Part shown: positions 9,256-19,128 of the stretch, piece after piece | Layout of the letters: the number at the start of each line of letters is the position of its first letter | Numbering within the stretch: the first letter of the stretch is position 1 | Virus record (IMG/VR): IMGVR_UViG_3300037796_000043 | Span: 1-31,953 of that record | DNA from: a virus | Taxonomy: Duplodnaviria; Caudoviricetes | DNA length: 31,953 nt | Reading direction: 5' to 3' (one strand) | Notes under the pieces: model-generated | What the model saw: only the letters and a program-made list of their open reading frames with translations | Told to the model about the DNA's origin: nothing | Databases searched by the model: none | Position numbers and translations under genes: made by a program

Positions 9256-9678
9256 ATGAAACTTAGTCAGTATCTCAACAACAACAAGGCCCAGCACCTG
9301 CCCCTGGAAGTTCCGGGGGTGGGTCAAATCGACGACGTGTACTTTCGCAGGCTTAGCGCTGGCGAGGGGCTGGAGCTGAAGGACGCGTTTGCCGACCTGT
9401 TGGATCAGGCGGGCGATGCGGTTCGAGGCCTGGCAGAAGGCGATGTCGAGCAAGCTGAGGAAAAGGCTCGGCAGAGCCTTTCTCCAGACCAGATGCGGGC
9501 CATGTTCAAGTTTCAGGCGTTGTTCTGCTTTCTTCATCTCGCCAACAAGGACGGTAGCCGGGCGTATGAAAGCCGAAAGGAATTCGACGCGGAAGTCCCC
9601 GACGAATTCATCCAGGCTTTCTACGCCGAGGGTTCCGCGCTGAAGAAGCAGGACGAGGGGGAGCCTGAAAAAAACTGA
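9256..9678 (+). CDS. Tail assembly chaperone (G-like)
   Basis: Between tail tube and tape measure; ends at slippery GAA AAA AAC TGA. Confidence 0.8.
   Translation: MKLSQYLNNNKAQHLPLEVPGVGQIDDVYFRRLSAGEGLELKDAFADLLDQAGDAVRGLAEGDVEQAEEKARQSLSPDQMRAMFKFQALFCFLHLANKDGSRAYESRKEFDAEVPDEFIQAFYAEGSALKKQDEGEPEKN
9669..9675 (+). other. -1 programmed ribosomal frameshift heptamer A AAA AAC
   Basis: X XXY YYZ heptamer just before the stop; the -1 frame is open (CTG ATT GAC TCC...) through to 10034. Confidence 0.85.
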
Positions 9679-10034
9679 TTGACTCCGACGGTCTCAGGCT
9701 CTGCATGAGGATCGCCGACCGCCTTGGTCGGCCCCTCTCCTGGGTTCTGTCGGAGATTCCCGAGTGGGAGCTTCCCTACTGGTCTAGCTGGCTCTCGCGC
9801 GAGCCGGATAGCGGCAGGCGTGTCGAGTTTGCCGTGTGCCGCCTTCTGTCCACATTTATTTCGGCGAATAACAAGAAGGGCCACAAAGCGCCTGAAGCGC
9901 ACGATCTAGTGCTGCCCGACTGGTACGCACAGCAAAACAAGAAGCACGCGGTCAAGCATGACATTGATCGCATGATTGCCGCCTTCAGCAAGGCGGGCGC
10001 GGAAATCAAGTACAACCGCAGAGGTAACGTCTAG
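9675..10034 (+). CDS. Tail assembly chaperone frameshift extension (T-like)
   Basis: -1 frame relative to 9256..9678, contains ORF 9705..10034, abuts tape measure start. Confidence 0.8.
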   Translation: MIDSDGLRLCMRIADRLGRPLSWVLSEIPEWELPYWSSWLSREPDSGRRVEFAVCRLLSTFISANNKKGHKAPEAHDLVLPDWYAQQNKKHAVKHDIDRMIAAFSKAGAEIKYNRRGNV

Positions 10035-13000
10035 TGTCTCAGTCTCTCGGCAGGCTCGTACTCGATATGGCGGCGGATGTCGCCGGATTCGAGCGCGACA
10101 TGAAGGGCATTTCCAGGAGCGCCAAGCGAGAACTGAACAAAGTCTCGCGCGAACTCTGGAAAGCCGAGCGTGACCTGGAGCGTGCGCGCGGGAAGGTCAG
10201 GGGCCTTGCGACCACTTTGGGGGCGCTTGGCGGCGTGGCGATTGCCGGCGTGGGGCGTGAGTTCCGCAAGTTTGCTCAGGAAGCGAACGCGCTTGACAAA
10301 GTATCAAAGACAGTCTCACTGACCGTCGAGGAATTGCAAGAGCTTCGTTTTGCCGCCGAGCAGGCGGCGGGCATCACCAGCCAGACGTTGGATATGGCGA
10401 TGCAGCGTTTCTCGCGTCGCGTGGGTGAGGCGGCGAACGATACCGGCGAGCTCAACACCATCGTCAAGGAGCTAGGGGTGCAGCTCCGCAACGCAGATGG
10501 AACCCTGAAGTCTCAGACCGAGCTACTTGGCATCTTCGCCGACCGCATCAAGAACGCTGAGTCTGAGCAGGAAGCGCTCAGAATTGCCTTCAAGCTGTTT
10601 GACTCCGAAGGCGCTCGGATGGTCACGCTGCTCCGCGAAGGGTCGGATGCCATCGAGCAGTACCGAGAGCAGGCGCGTCGTGCGGGCGGCATCATGTCGC
10701 GTGAGACGGTCCAGGCGACCGTCCAGTTCAACGACTCGCTACAGGTGCTCATCCAGCAAGCCAAGGGGGTACGCAACCAGATATTCGGCGACCTCATCGG
10801 CCCGCTTGCCGAGTACGTGACTTGGCTCGCTCAGACCGAGGAAGGCCAGCGGCAGCTCAATCAGATGCTGGAACGCCTGGGCAATGTCGCCAAGGTGGTC
10901 AGCGGCATCATCGCCACGCGCTTCACGCTCTCGCTCATCCAGGCGTCTGCAGAGGTCGTCGTCCTCTCGGCCAGGGTGGCGATGCTTACACGCCGCAAGC
11001 TGGCGCTGCAGGGCGCATCGGCTGCAGCGGCCACTGCGACAGTCCGCCTCGGGCGCGTCATGCGCGTTGCCACCGGCCCCATCGGTATTGCCGCAGGCGC
11101 ACTAGCTGCGTTCGCCCTGAGCGCTCGCGATGCCGACGATGAAACGTCCAACCTCAGCTCTCGCGTTGCCCTGCTGATTGAGGACTTTGATGCCCTCAGC
11201 CGGTCTCGGATTCAGGAGGCTATGGTTGAGGTCCAGACGGCCATCAGCGAAACGGCCGATGAGATTGACCGGCTGGAAAAGAAGCTGGAGCGCGCGCAAT
11301 CCGGGCAGCGGTTCGGGCCGGGGCGGGATCTGGTCCAGTTCACGGCCGAAGACGAGCGCAGGCTGCAAGAGCTGCGAGAGGAATATCGGCGGCACACGCG
11401 CCAGCTTGAGCTGTTGGGCCGCAAGCTTATCCAAGTCGGTCAGGACACGGAACAAGCCCGGAACAGCCAGGCCGGCTTGAGTAATGAGTTCAGCGACACC
11501 TCCCGCGTTATCCCCGTTGTCACCCGGCAGTTTGAAGACTACCTGTTCACTGCCCAGGACATCAATGAGGAACATCAGACCCTCTCGGAATGGCTAGATA
11601 GCGTCGCCGATGGCCTCTCCATGACTCGCCGAGAGGCTGATGCGGCGGTCGCCAGCTTCCTGAACCTCGCCAACGCCGTCACGCAGAACACCACCGGCCT
11701 CCCCTTCTTTAACGCCCTCCTGGGCGATCAAGGCGGCTCTTTCGGGGGCCAGGACCTTGGCTCCAACATCGCCCGCTCTGTCGCCCGTGGCATCATCTCT
11801 GCCGACTCTGAGGGCGTATTTGATGCGCTCGGACGCACGCTTGAATCTCACATCATTGAATCTGTCACTGGTGGGTTTGAGGAGACCATTGACTCTCTGT
11901 TCGGTGAGGATGGGGACTTTGCGCAGGCGCTCTCAGATTCTGTCTCTTTGGCTGCTGGCGCTGGTCTTGGGGCTGCCCTTGGCGGCGGCTCTGAGGCGGC
12001 CTCTGTCGGTGCTAGCCTTGGCACCGTAGCCGGGCAAGCGGCAGGTTCCAAGTTTCTCGCTTCTCTCGGCAGTGCGGCCGGTCCGCTCGGGGCGATTGCC
12101 GGCGGCATTCTGGGCGGCCTGATCGGCGGGCTGTTTGATGACTCGAAAAATCCCCGCTTTGATTTTGGTCAGGTTGGCCCGCTTCTCAATCGCAAGAGCA
12201 GTGTAACCCCGGACTTTTTCGACACCGCGCTTGGCGAAATTGCGTACGGCAATACGGGCCTCAGCGACGACCAGATCAGTCAGTTTGTTCGTGGGCTGCA
12301 GGACTTTGACCGGGCACTGGCTACTGCCATTGAGGGCAGCGGCTACGGCGATGCGGTTAGAGAGGCGCTGGAGTCGTTCACGTTCATCTCGGACGAGCAG
12401 GGCCTTAGCCTTGACCACATGATGGAGGCGCGCCTTGACGCCGCTCTGCGTGCGGTTGACGGGTTCGTGGCTGAACTGGTCAAGCGCGGCGACACTATCG
12501 AGGACCAGCTCCAGCGGCTGTCTGATGCGTTCACAATCGAGCGCGAGATTTTCCTCGGGCGCGGTCTTGGGCTGCCGGGCGCAGACATTCCGGGCGCGGG
12601 CGTCCCCGGCCCAGGTGGACCGAGCCCCGGCAATCCAGCCATCCCCCCCAAACCCGGCGACGATATCGCGCACAGCATACAGGCGTTCAACGCCGCCCTC
12701 CAGGGCACTGGCGATGCGGCGGACGTTACCACCCCTGTCCTCCGGCAGACGCTTCAGATTGTCGAAGAACTTTCACGTCCGTCAGAAACTCTCGCCGAAA
12801 CCTTCCTCCGTGTGCGCACCATTGCCGACTCTCTGGATACGGCAATGGCGCTCCTTGGCCGCTCATTTGACGGCACTCGCGAGCAGTTAATCCGCTTTGG
12901 GGACAACCTCAGCCAGGTGTTTGGCGATAACGTCGAAGCCCTGACCGGGAAGCTCAATCGCATTTTTGAGACGTTCTTCTCTGACGAAGAACGATTCACC

Positions 13001-14560
13001 GTCATGGCCGAGCAGGCGCGCCAGAGGGCCACTGACCTTCTGACGGATATCGGCTTGACCGTCACCGAGGACATGCTGACCCAAGGTGGTTTCCGGCAGG
13101 TCTTCGACGACCTATTCGGCACGCTAAGCCCCGAGAATACGGCGCTATTGGTCGAGGCCGGCAATGCAATTGCTGATCTTATCAGCGCTGAGGAGCGGCT
13201 TGCCGAAGTTCGGGAAGACGCGCTTCAAGACGCTATCGACTCGCGTGAGGCCACACGTGAGGCGAGACGGGAACTGAGCGATTTCATGGACGATATCGAG
13301 CTGTCGTTCCTGGAAGCCGTCTCGCCCGCCAGGGCGTCGCTGAAACGACTGGTTGACCGCTGGGCTGAACTTGAGGCACAGGCGCGCGAGCTTGGTGCGA
13401 CAGAACAGCAACTCGCAATGGTCCGCCGGGCGGCAAGCGCGGAACTGGCGCGCTGGATAAGCGAGATGAAGCTGTCCACGCTTCAACTTGCCGAGGACTT
13501 TTTCTCGGCCGAGCAGTCGTTCACCAGCGTCGGCAATGCGGTTGCGGCCACCGCACAGAATATGCGGGATACTGCGCTCCGTGCGCTGGGCAGTATCGAC
13601 GAATGGCTGATGCGCTCACAGTTGGATGACGTATCTCCGTTGACGCCCGCACAGCGCATTGGAGAGGCAGAGCAACAGTTCAGAGACGCCTTCGCGGCCG
13701 CTATGGGCGGCGATTTCGACGCACTGTCTGAGCTGCCGTCCTTGGCCGATGCGTTCCTCGGCGAGGCGGCCGGGTTCTTCGGGACGTCTACCGAGCAGTT
13801 CCGAGACATCTGGGACGAAGTGCAGGCGATGATGAACCAGGCGGCTGATATCGAGCCGCCGCCTGAGCAGTTGCCGCCGAACGCTGCTCAGATCGACACG
13901 CTCATCAATACTAACTCGGAATTTGGTCAGCAGATCGCCGACCTGAATGAAGAACTGACAGCGTGGCAGCTTGCCGACCAAATCAACGCACTGGCGACAG
14001 CGCAAGAGCAAACGCCTGCCGAAATCGCAGCGCAGCTCGGATTCACCGACGCGGATATGCGCCAGATCCTGTCCGCGCTTGGCGAGGATATCCCGGCCGG
14101 CACTGAGGTCAGCCTTCGAGACCACTTCAACGATGTGGTCAGTGAGATTGCCGAGCAGAACCCGTTAGTCGCTGCGATCCAGGAGTCGAACCTGGGCATT
14201 ATCGACGAACTGGAATTCATGCTCGGCACCCTTGAGGTTAATCTGTGGGCAATCGGTGATGTGCTTGTGCAGATTCTGGAGCAGCTTGGGGGCACATACG
14301 AAGATTTTAACCCTCCTTGGGACGAAGGCGTAAGCACGAACAGTCTGTCTGGTGAGTTCGTTGCGCCGCTAAGCAATACGGCACAAACCACGAGCAATTC
14401 TCACGACTTTGCAGAAGTCAAAGCTGAGCTGGAACGCATCTCTAGCCACATAGAGCGCGGGAACCATGACCGCCGTGATGGTTTTGGCGCTGTGATACGC
14501 GAAGAACAATCAACCCGCCGGGCCATTGCCCGTAAGAGCGAGACTGTCCGAGCCGTATGA
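10034..14560 (+). CDS. Tail tape measure protein
   Basis: 1508 aa, Ala/Leu/Glu-rich helical; starts SLGRLVLDMAADVAGF; follows chaperones. Confidence 0.92.
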   Translation: MSQSLGRLVLDMAADVAGFERDMKGISRSAKRELNKVSRELWKAERDLERARGKVRGLATTLGALGGVAIAGVGREFRKFAQEANALDKVSKTVSLTVEELQELRFAAEQAAGITSQTLDMAMQRFSRRVGEAANDTGELNTIVKELGVQLRNADGTLKSQTELLGIFADRIKNAESEQEALRIAFKLFDSEGARMVTLLREGSDAIEQYREQARRAGGIMSRETVQATVQFNDSLQVLIQQAKGVRNQIFGDLIGPLAEYVTWLAQTEEGQRQLNQMLERLGNVAKVVSGIIATRFTLSLIQASAEVVVLSARVAMLTRRKLALQGASAAAATATVRLGRVMRVATGPIGIAAGALAAFALSARDADDETSNLSSRVALLIEDFDALSRSRIQEAMVEVQTAISETADEIDRLEKKLERAQSGQRFGPGRDLVQFTAEDERRLQELREEYRRHTRQLELLGRKLIQVGQDTEQARNSQAGLSNEFSDTSRVIPVVTRQFEDYLFTAQDINEEHQTLSEWLDSVADGLSMTRREADAAVASFLNLANAVTQNTTGLPFFNALLGDQGGSFGGQDLGSNIARSVARGIISADSEGVFDALGRTLESHIIESVTGGFEETIDSLFGEDGDFAQALSDSVSLAAGAGLGAALGGGSEAASVGASLGTVAGQAAGSKFLASLGSAAGPLGAIAGGILGGLIGGLFDDSKNPRFDFGQVGPLLNRKSSVTPDFFDTALGEIAYGNTGLSDDQISQFVRGLQDFDRALATAIEGSGYGDAVREALESFTFISDEQGLSLDHMMEARLDAALRAVDGFVAELVKRGDTIEDQLQRLSDAFTIEREIFLGRGLGLPGADIPGAGVPGPGGPSPGNPAIPPKPGDDIAHSIQAFNAALQGTGDAADVTTPVLRQTLQIVEELSRPSETLAETFLRVRTIADSLDTAMALLGRSFDGTREQLIRFGDNLSQVFGDNVEALTGKLNRIFETFFSDEERFTVMAEQARQRATDLLTDIGLTVTEDMLTQGGFRQVFDDLFGTLSPENTALLVEAGNAIADLISAEERLAEVREDALQDAIDSREATREARRELSDFMDDIELSFLEAVSPARASLKRLVDRWAELEAQARELGATEQQLAMVRRAASAELARWISEMKLSTLQLAEDFFSAEQSFTSVGNAVAATAQNMRDTALRALGSIDEWLMRSQLDDVSPLTPAQRIGEAEQQFRDAFAAAMGGDFDALSELPSLADAFLGEAAGFFGTSTEQFRDIWDEVQAMMNQAADIEPPPEQLPPNAAQIDTLINTNSEFGQQIADLNEELTAWQLADQINALATAQEQTPAEIAAQLGFTDADMRQILSALGEDIPAGTEVSLRDHFNDVVSEIAEQNPLVAAIQESNLGIIDELEFMLGTLEVNLWAIGDVLVQILEQLGGTYEDFNPPWDEGVSTNSLSGEFVAPLSNTAQTTSNSHDFAEVKAELERISSHIERGNHDRRDGFGAVIREEQSTRRAIARKSETVRAV

Positions 14561-17500
14561 GCATCCTTGCCGCGCTGATTGAGTACAACGATGACGGAAC
14601 AACCCGTTATCTTGGCGTCACTGATTCGGAGTACACCGATACCACCGGCGTCACGCTACGTGACGGTCTCTGGTATCCGGTGCTAAACCAGGACGTAAAC
14701 TGGTCAGAGTCGGCACGTCACCCCTACCAACAGCAGGGCGGAGAACTGACGGTCGGCGACCTTGTTCTCGCGAACCAGTCCGGCGCGCTTGATTTCTTGC
14801 TGAACGCCGATATCGTCGGCATGCAGTGTACTTTGAAGCGCGGCTATGAGTCCGACTCGTGGGATGACATGGAGGAAATTTTTATCGCACGGATTGCCGG
14901 TCGGCGCTTTCAAGGGTATCAGGTTCTGATAGGCCTGGAGAACTGGCTTGCAAAGCTGGCGGGTCCTGTCTATACAGAGACGTTTGGCAGCGACACCCCG
15001 AACCCGCAACTGGTCGGCAAGCAAATCCCCTATGTGCTAGGCAAGGTCACGCAAGCTCCAGTTTTGGAGTATGACCCGGCCAACCTGACGTACTACACCG
15101 CTGCGAACGCTTCGCTCATTGGCGAAGTAACCGAAGGTGGGAATCCGACGCAGAAGTGGACACTAGAGGACGAGCCAACTTTTGGTCTTCTGGGGTCGCA
15201 AACGCTCCCGATTACTGCGACGTTTGAGGGGCCGGGAAGCCCAAGGTCTGACATTTTGTCGAGCATTGGATCTTTCGACACTTGGTCCGGCGGGTCTCCG
15301 GACGGATGGACCATAGAAGCTTATAACCCAGGGGGGTTATTGGGCACAAGCTCTGCAACCGAGCCATCATCTGGGGGCATAGAGATAGACTCATATAATG
15401 AGATCCTGTCCGCGCACCCCCAATACTCAGAGGTTGATATGAATTCAGGGTCTGATGACGACCCAGAAGACGCCGAGCAATGGACTATAAACGAGAACAG
15501 TGGTAATGCGGACGATGCTGACATAAACATATCAGACAGCGATTCTCCATCGAACATAGCCTCAATAGAAATTACCCCAGAGGATGGGAGCGTAAGTCAG
15601 ATAAATTTGAGTATTTCTGATAACGCGTCGGATGCAAGCATTTTTATAAGAAGCGTATTGTATGAGTTTGATAACGGCGAGTCATTGAAAAGGAATGTGC
15701 CGCTGTCTTTGACATCATATACAGATACGCTCTCAAAAGCAGATTATGATTCTATCAAAACAGGCTCGGTTAGCGAATTCGTTGAAGTAAGTAAGATTAT
15801 CGTTTCATTTTACCCCGGAGGCGGGGATGTCACTTTCACAGCCTCTTTAAGTTTCAATTACAACAGCGACGACTCAAAGATTTACGGGCTCAGAATGACC
15901 CCTGATGTTACTTTAACAGTTGGGGGCTACTACAAATATTTAATGGAATTTGAAAGCCAAAGCCCACCTTTGCACGTCTTATTGGGAGAAAAGTCTACAT
16001 CAAACAAAGCTGTTTATATTGATAATAGCCAAGAATTTACCTACACCTTGCTTTCTGGCTCATCTAATAAGACCGGCACATTTAAATTTACTGGAGGGGA
16101 CTTTTCAATACTTGCTTCGCCGGGCGCTGAAGATAACGTTACGCAAGTGCTTACCCGAATATCCATTGAGGAGCAAGCCAGTGGAAACAAATCCTACAAA
16201 TCCCTCGCCCCAACCATAATTGAAGAAGTCGGCTACACGTCCAGCGAATATGACCAGACTTCTTTCGACACCCACGCCGACGAATACGGCGACCCCGAAC
16301 TTGGCTGGCTTGTCACCGGCAATGAAAGCGCGGACCAAGTGCTGTTCCGGCTTGCCGGTTCACTGAATGGCTACATCTGGCACGGCTTAGACGGCAAGGT
16401 GCGCAGCAAGCGGCTTGAAGGCCCGAGCGATCCCGGCGGCACGCCGTTTGTAATCGACTCCACGCGGGCTGATCCTGCCGAGATCGTGGCCTATGACGAC
16501 GATGCACCGAACCTTCGGCGGTCGGTCAACGCGCTGCGCAACTGGAAGCCGCTAGACACTGATGACACGGCTGGCGTTACCACCACATGGACCGAATCAG
16601 AGCGGGCCAAGGTGACGCAGGACTGGCGCATCACCCGCGTATGGGAGCCGACCACAGATCAGGATGATGCGTTCGATCGCCGCTGGCCGATGGTGGCCTC
16701 ACGCGAGCCACTGTCTACCGCCCTTCGCGATGCGACCACCGCGCAGCTTGTCGCCAATGAGGGCATGGACAATTGGATTGACCGCCCGACGTTCTATGAG
16801 ATTCCGACGCAGGTTGATATTGGCGAGTTTGCCGATGTGGCTGTCGGCGAGACGGTCAAGGTCGAACTCGACTATCCGGGCCTTGAGGATACTTGGGCGC
16901 TCGTGTTGGGGCGCTCCGGCACTGCGACGCCCGGCAAGGTCACGCTGACGCTTTGGGTTAATGGCATCGCGCCACTTACGTTGCTGGCGGAGAATCGAAT
17001 CGACCCCCGCATCGAAGTCACCCGCGCCAGCACGGCTACCCGCTGGAATGAACAAGGGCTTCTGGAAGAAGTCGGCGAAAACGTCCTGCGAGTTGACTAC
17101 GATCCGGTCACGCTGGAGTTCCGAGGGTGGCTGATTGAGGGGGCTGCGACGAATGAAATGGTTTATTCCGAAGACTTGTCACAGTCGGAGTGGATTGATG
17201 TTCGATCCTCAAGTTCAGCCACATCACAGACCGCGCCTGACGGCGACGAAGATGCGTACAAAATCGTTGAGGACACAAGCTCATCCACTAGCCACTACCA
17301 GCTCAGGGAGGAGTCGTTCGTTAATGGACAGCAATACGCCGTCTCTGTCTTTGCCAGGGCTGATGAGCGGGACGAGATTTATTTTTGGGCCTTGTCCTTA
17401 AACTCTGTATTTACAGCCGATGAGGTGTACTTCGATCTTGACTCCGAGTCTGTTAGTTATAGCGGGTCAGATTGGTCGGATGGGGCGATTGAAGATGTCG

Positions 17501-18213
17501 GTGGCGGCTGGTATAGATGCAGCGCCCTGGTAACCGCCAACGCTACCGCAACTGGCCGGATTGGCTTTGGCATCGCTTTGAACGGAAGCAAAAGCTACAC
17601 CGGAGACGGATCGAGCGGGTTGCATCTGTGGGGTGCTCAAATAGAACAGGGCTCCGCCCCCACCAGCTACATCCCCACCGAAGGCTCAACCGCCACCCGC
17701 GCCGCCGACGACGTACTAATCGACGGCACCAACTTCAGCACGATCTGGAACGATAGCGAGGGGACGATTGTTGCGGAAGCTGCTCAGTCTGCGGATGAGG
17801 ATAGCTTTAACACGATCTATGCTGTCAATGATGGCGCGTCAAACAACGTGATCAGGATCTTCCGTTTTAACGATTGGGATCTTCAGCGCCGCGTAAGCGG
17901 CACAACTGAGCAGTTCTACCAGTCAGGTGACTCGAACACAACAAACTTTCAGCGGCTGGCGTATTCGTTTTCTTCGAGCAGCGAGGGGTTTTCTGCTAAT
18001 GGGGGCGCAACAATTTCTGATAGCAACGTCGCCGGCGGCGTGCCCGCAGTTTCTCAGTGGAACATAGGGGCAGGTAAAAACGCCGCAGGTCAAACCGGCG
18101 CATACCTCAACGGCGGCATCCGCGCCCTCTACTACTACCCCAAGCGCCTGACCGATGAGCAGTTGCAAGAAGCTTCAACGGTTGGCCGCGACCTCATTCT
18201 GGAAAAGGTGTAA
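14557..18213 (+). CDS. Large tail-tip/hub protein with inserted domain and C-terminal fibre/lectin-like module
   Basis: 1218 aa, acidic, beta-rich; C-terminal TRASTAT...LIEGAATN...WGAQIEQG..PTSYIPT...TRAAD module common in phage fibre/spike proteins. Confidence 0.75.
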   Translation: MSILAALIEYNDDGTTRYLGVTDSEYTDTTGVTLRDGLWYPVLNQDVNWSESARHPYQQQGGELTVGDLVLANQSGALDFLLNADIVGMQCTLKRGYESDSWDDMEEIFIARIAGRRFQGYQVLIGLENWLAKLAGPVYTETFGSDTPNPQLVGKQIPYVLGKVTQAPVLEYDPANLTYYTAANASLIGEVTEGGNPTQKWTLEDEPTFGLLGSQTLPITATFEGPGSPRSDILSSIGSFDTWSGGSPDGWTIEAYNPGGLLGTSSATEPSSGGIEIDSYNEILSAHPQYSEVDMNSGSDDDPEDAEQWTINENSGNADDADINISDSDSPSNIASIEITPEDGSVSQINLSISDNASDASIFIRSVLYEFDNGESLKRNVPLSLTSYTDTLSKADYDSIKTGSVSEFVEVSKIIVSFYPGGGDVTFTASLSFNYNSDDSKIYGLRMTPDVTLTVGGYYKYLMEFESQSPPLHVLLGEKSTSNKAVYIDNSQEFTYTLLSGSSNKTGTFKFTGGDFSILASPGAEDNVTQVLTRISIEEQASGNKSYKSLAPTIIEEVGYTSSEYDQTSFDTHADEYGDPELGWLVTGNESADQVLFRLAGSLNGYIWHGLDGKVRSKRLEGPSDPGGTPFVIDSTRADPAEIVAYDDDAPNLRRSVNALRNWKPLDTDDTAGVTTTWTESERAKVTQDWRITRVWEPTTDQDDAFDRRWPMVASREPLSTALRDATTAQLVANEGMDNWIDRPTFYEIPTQVDIGEFADVAVGETVKVELDYPGLEDTWALVLGRSGTATPGKVTLTLWVNGIAPLTLLAENRIDPRIEVTRASTATRWNEQGLLEEVGENVLRVDYDPVTLEFRGWLIEGAATNEMVYSEDLSQSEWIDVRSSSSATSQTAPDGDEDAYKIVEDTSSSTSHYQLREESFVNGQQYAVSVFARADERDEIYFWALSLNSVFTADEVYFDLDSESVSYSGSDWSDGAIEDVGGGWYRCSALVTANATATGRIGFGIALNGSKSYTGDGSSGLHLWGAQIEQGSAPTSYIPTEGSTATRAADDVLIDGTNFSTIWNDSEGTIVAEAAQSADEDSFNTIYAVNDGASNNVIRIFRFNDWDLQRRVSGTTEQFYQSGDSNTTNFQRLAYSFSSSSEGFSANGGATISDSNVAGGVPAVSQWNIGAGKNAAGQTGAYLNGGIRALYYYPKRLTDEQLQEASTVGRDLILEKV

Positions 18214-18216
18214 TCC

Positions 18217-19002
18217 ATGGCATCGCTTCTCGCATACGACAACAGGGCGCTCGGGAACGGCGCGTTCACGGCGGGGACCGGTACATGGTCATCTAGTCCG
18301 GCCATTGACAACCTCGGCAACATGCAGCCGCAGAGGTATGCGGAGGTCACCCCCGCTTCTGGAGACTTTGATCTCACCTTCCAGGCTCAGGATTCAGGTG
18401 GCAGCCCGGAGAATTTCAGCCCCGACGTTTTCGCCCTCATCGGCCACACGCTGCCTGACAGCGCCGTTGTGACGTTCAAGGACGGAACGACTACATTGGG
18501 CAGTGTTACCGTCTCGAACGCCGCCAACAGGGCGCAGAACGCAATAGTAGTGACGGACTCTACGGCGAATTTCGACACTCTGACAGTGGAGGTATCAAGC
18601 GCCGGCAGCTCGGCGGTGCGTCTCGGCTGCCTTTGGGCGTCGGAAAGTTTCCGTCCAGATCGCGGCTTTAGCTTAACCGGATACGGGCTGACACCGGACA
18701 CACTGGCGCAATGGACGCGCATTGACTCCAGCATTTGGCCCGTCTCGCGGCAGGTAGTCAACCGGGTCACATTCCAGACCAACGTCCTGACCCGGTCCGA
18801 ATACTCTGGCCCGTCCATGCCCAACTGGCTTGGCATAACCGCGCTGGTCGGCAGGTCATCGCCGGTCATTCTTATCCCCGATGACACAAACCTCCACGAA
18901 TCCACCTATGGTCTTTTCGAAGCGTTCGCTCAGGCCCGGCCGGAGCGAATGCCGCAGGCCTCGGGCTGGCGTGCTGGGGGCGATGTGCTGGAGATGAGGT
19001 GA
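18217..19002 (+). CDS. Tail-associated structural protein
   Basis: 261 aa, beta-rich, last gene of late operon; RLGCLWA motif; function by position only. Confidence 0.65.
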   Translation: MASLLAYDNRALGNGAFTAGTGTWSSSPAIDNLGNMQPQRYAEVTPASGDFDLTFQAQDSGGSPENFSPDVFALIGHTLPDSAVVTFKDGTTTLGSVTVSNAANRAQNAIVVTDSTANFDTLTVEVSSAGSSAVRLGCLWASESFRPDRGFSLTGYGLTPDTLAQWTRIDSSIWPVSRQVVNRVTFQTNVLTRSEYSGPSMPNWLGITALVGRSSPVILIPDDTNLHESTYGLFEAFAQARPERMPQASGWRAGGDVLEMR

Positions 19003-19128
19003 GCCGCCGTCATCGCGTTCACTGAGCCTCGGGCTACACGCTGACTCGGGCGGCATGGGTAATCCTGCCACGGTCGGGCAGGGTGGGTCTGTAAGAAATC
19101 GGCTCGGCTCGAGGTCAGAATGCGGGGC

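Noticed and set aside
16960-18213. Possible diversity-generating retroelement target in the tail-tip C-terminus
   Set aside because: No reverse transcriptase and no template/variable repeat pair seen in the window
19003-19120. tRNA gene or tRNA-derived attP core
   Set aside because: No cloverleaf, T-loop GTTCGA or CCA end recognisable
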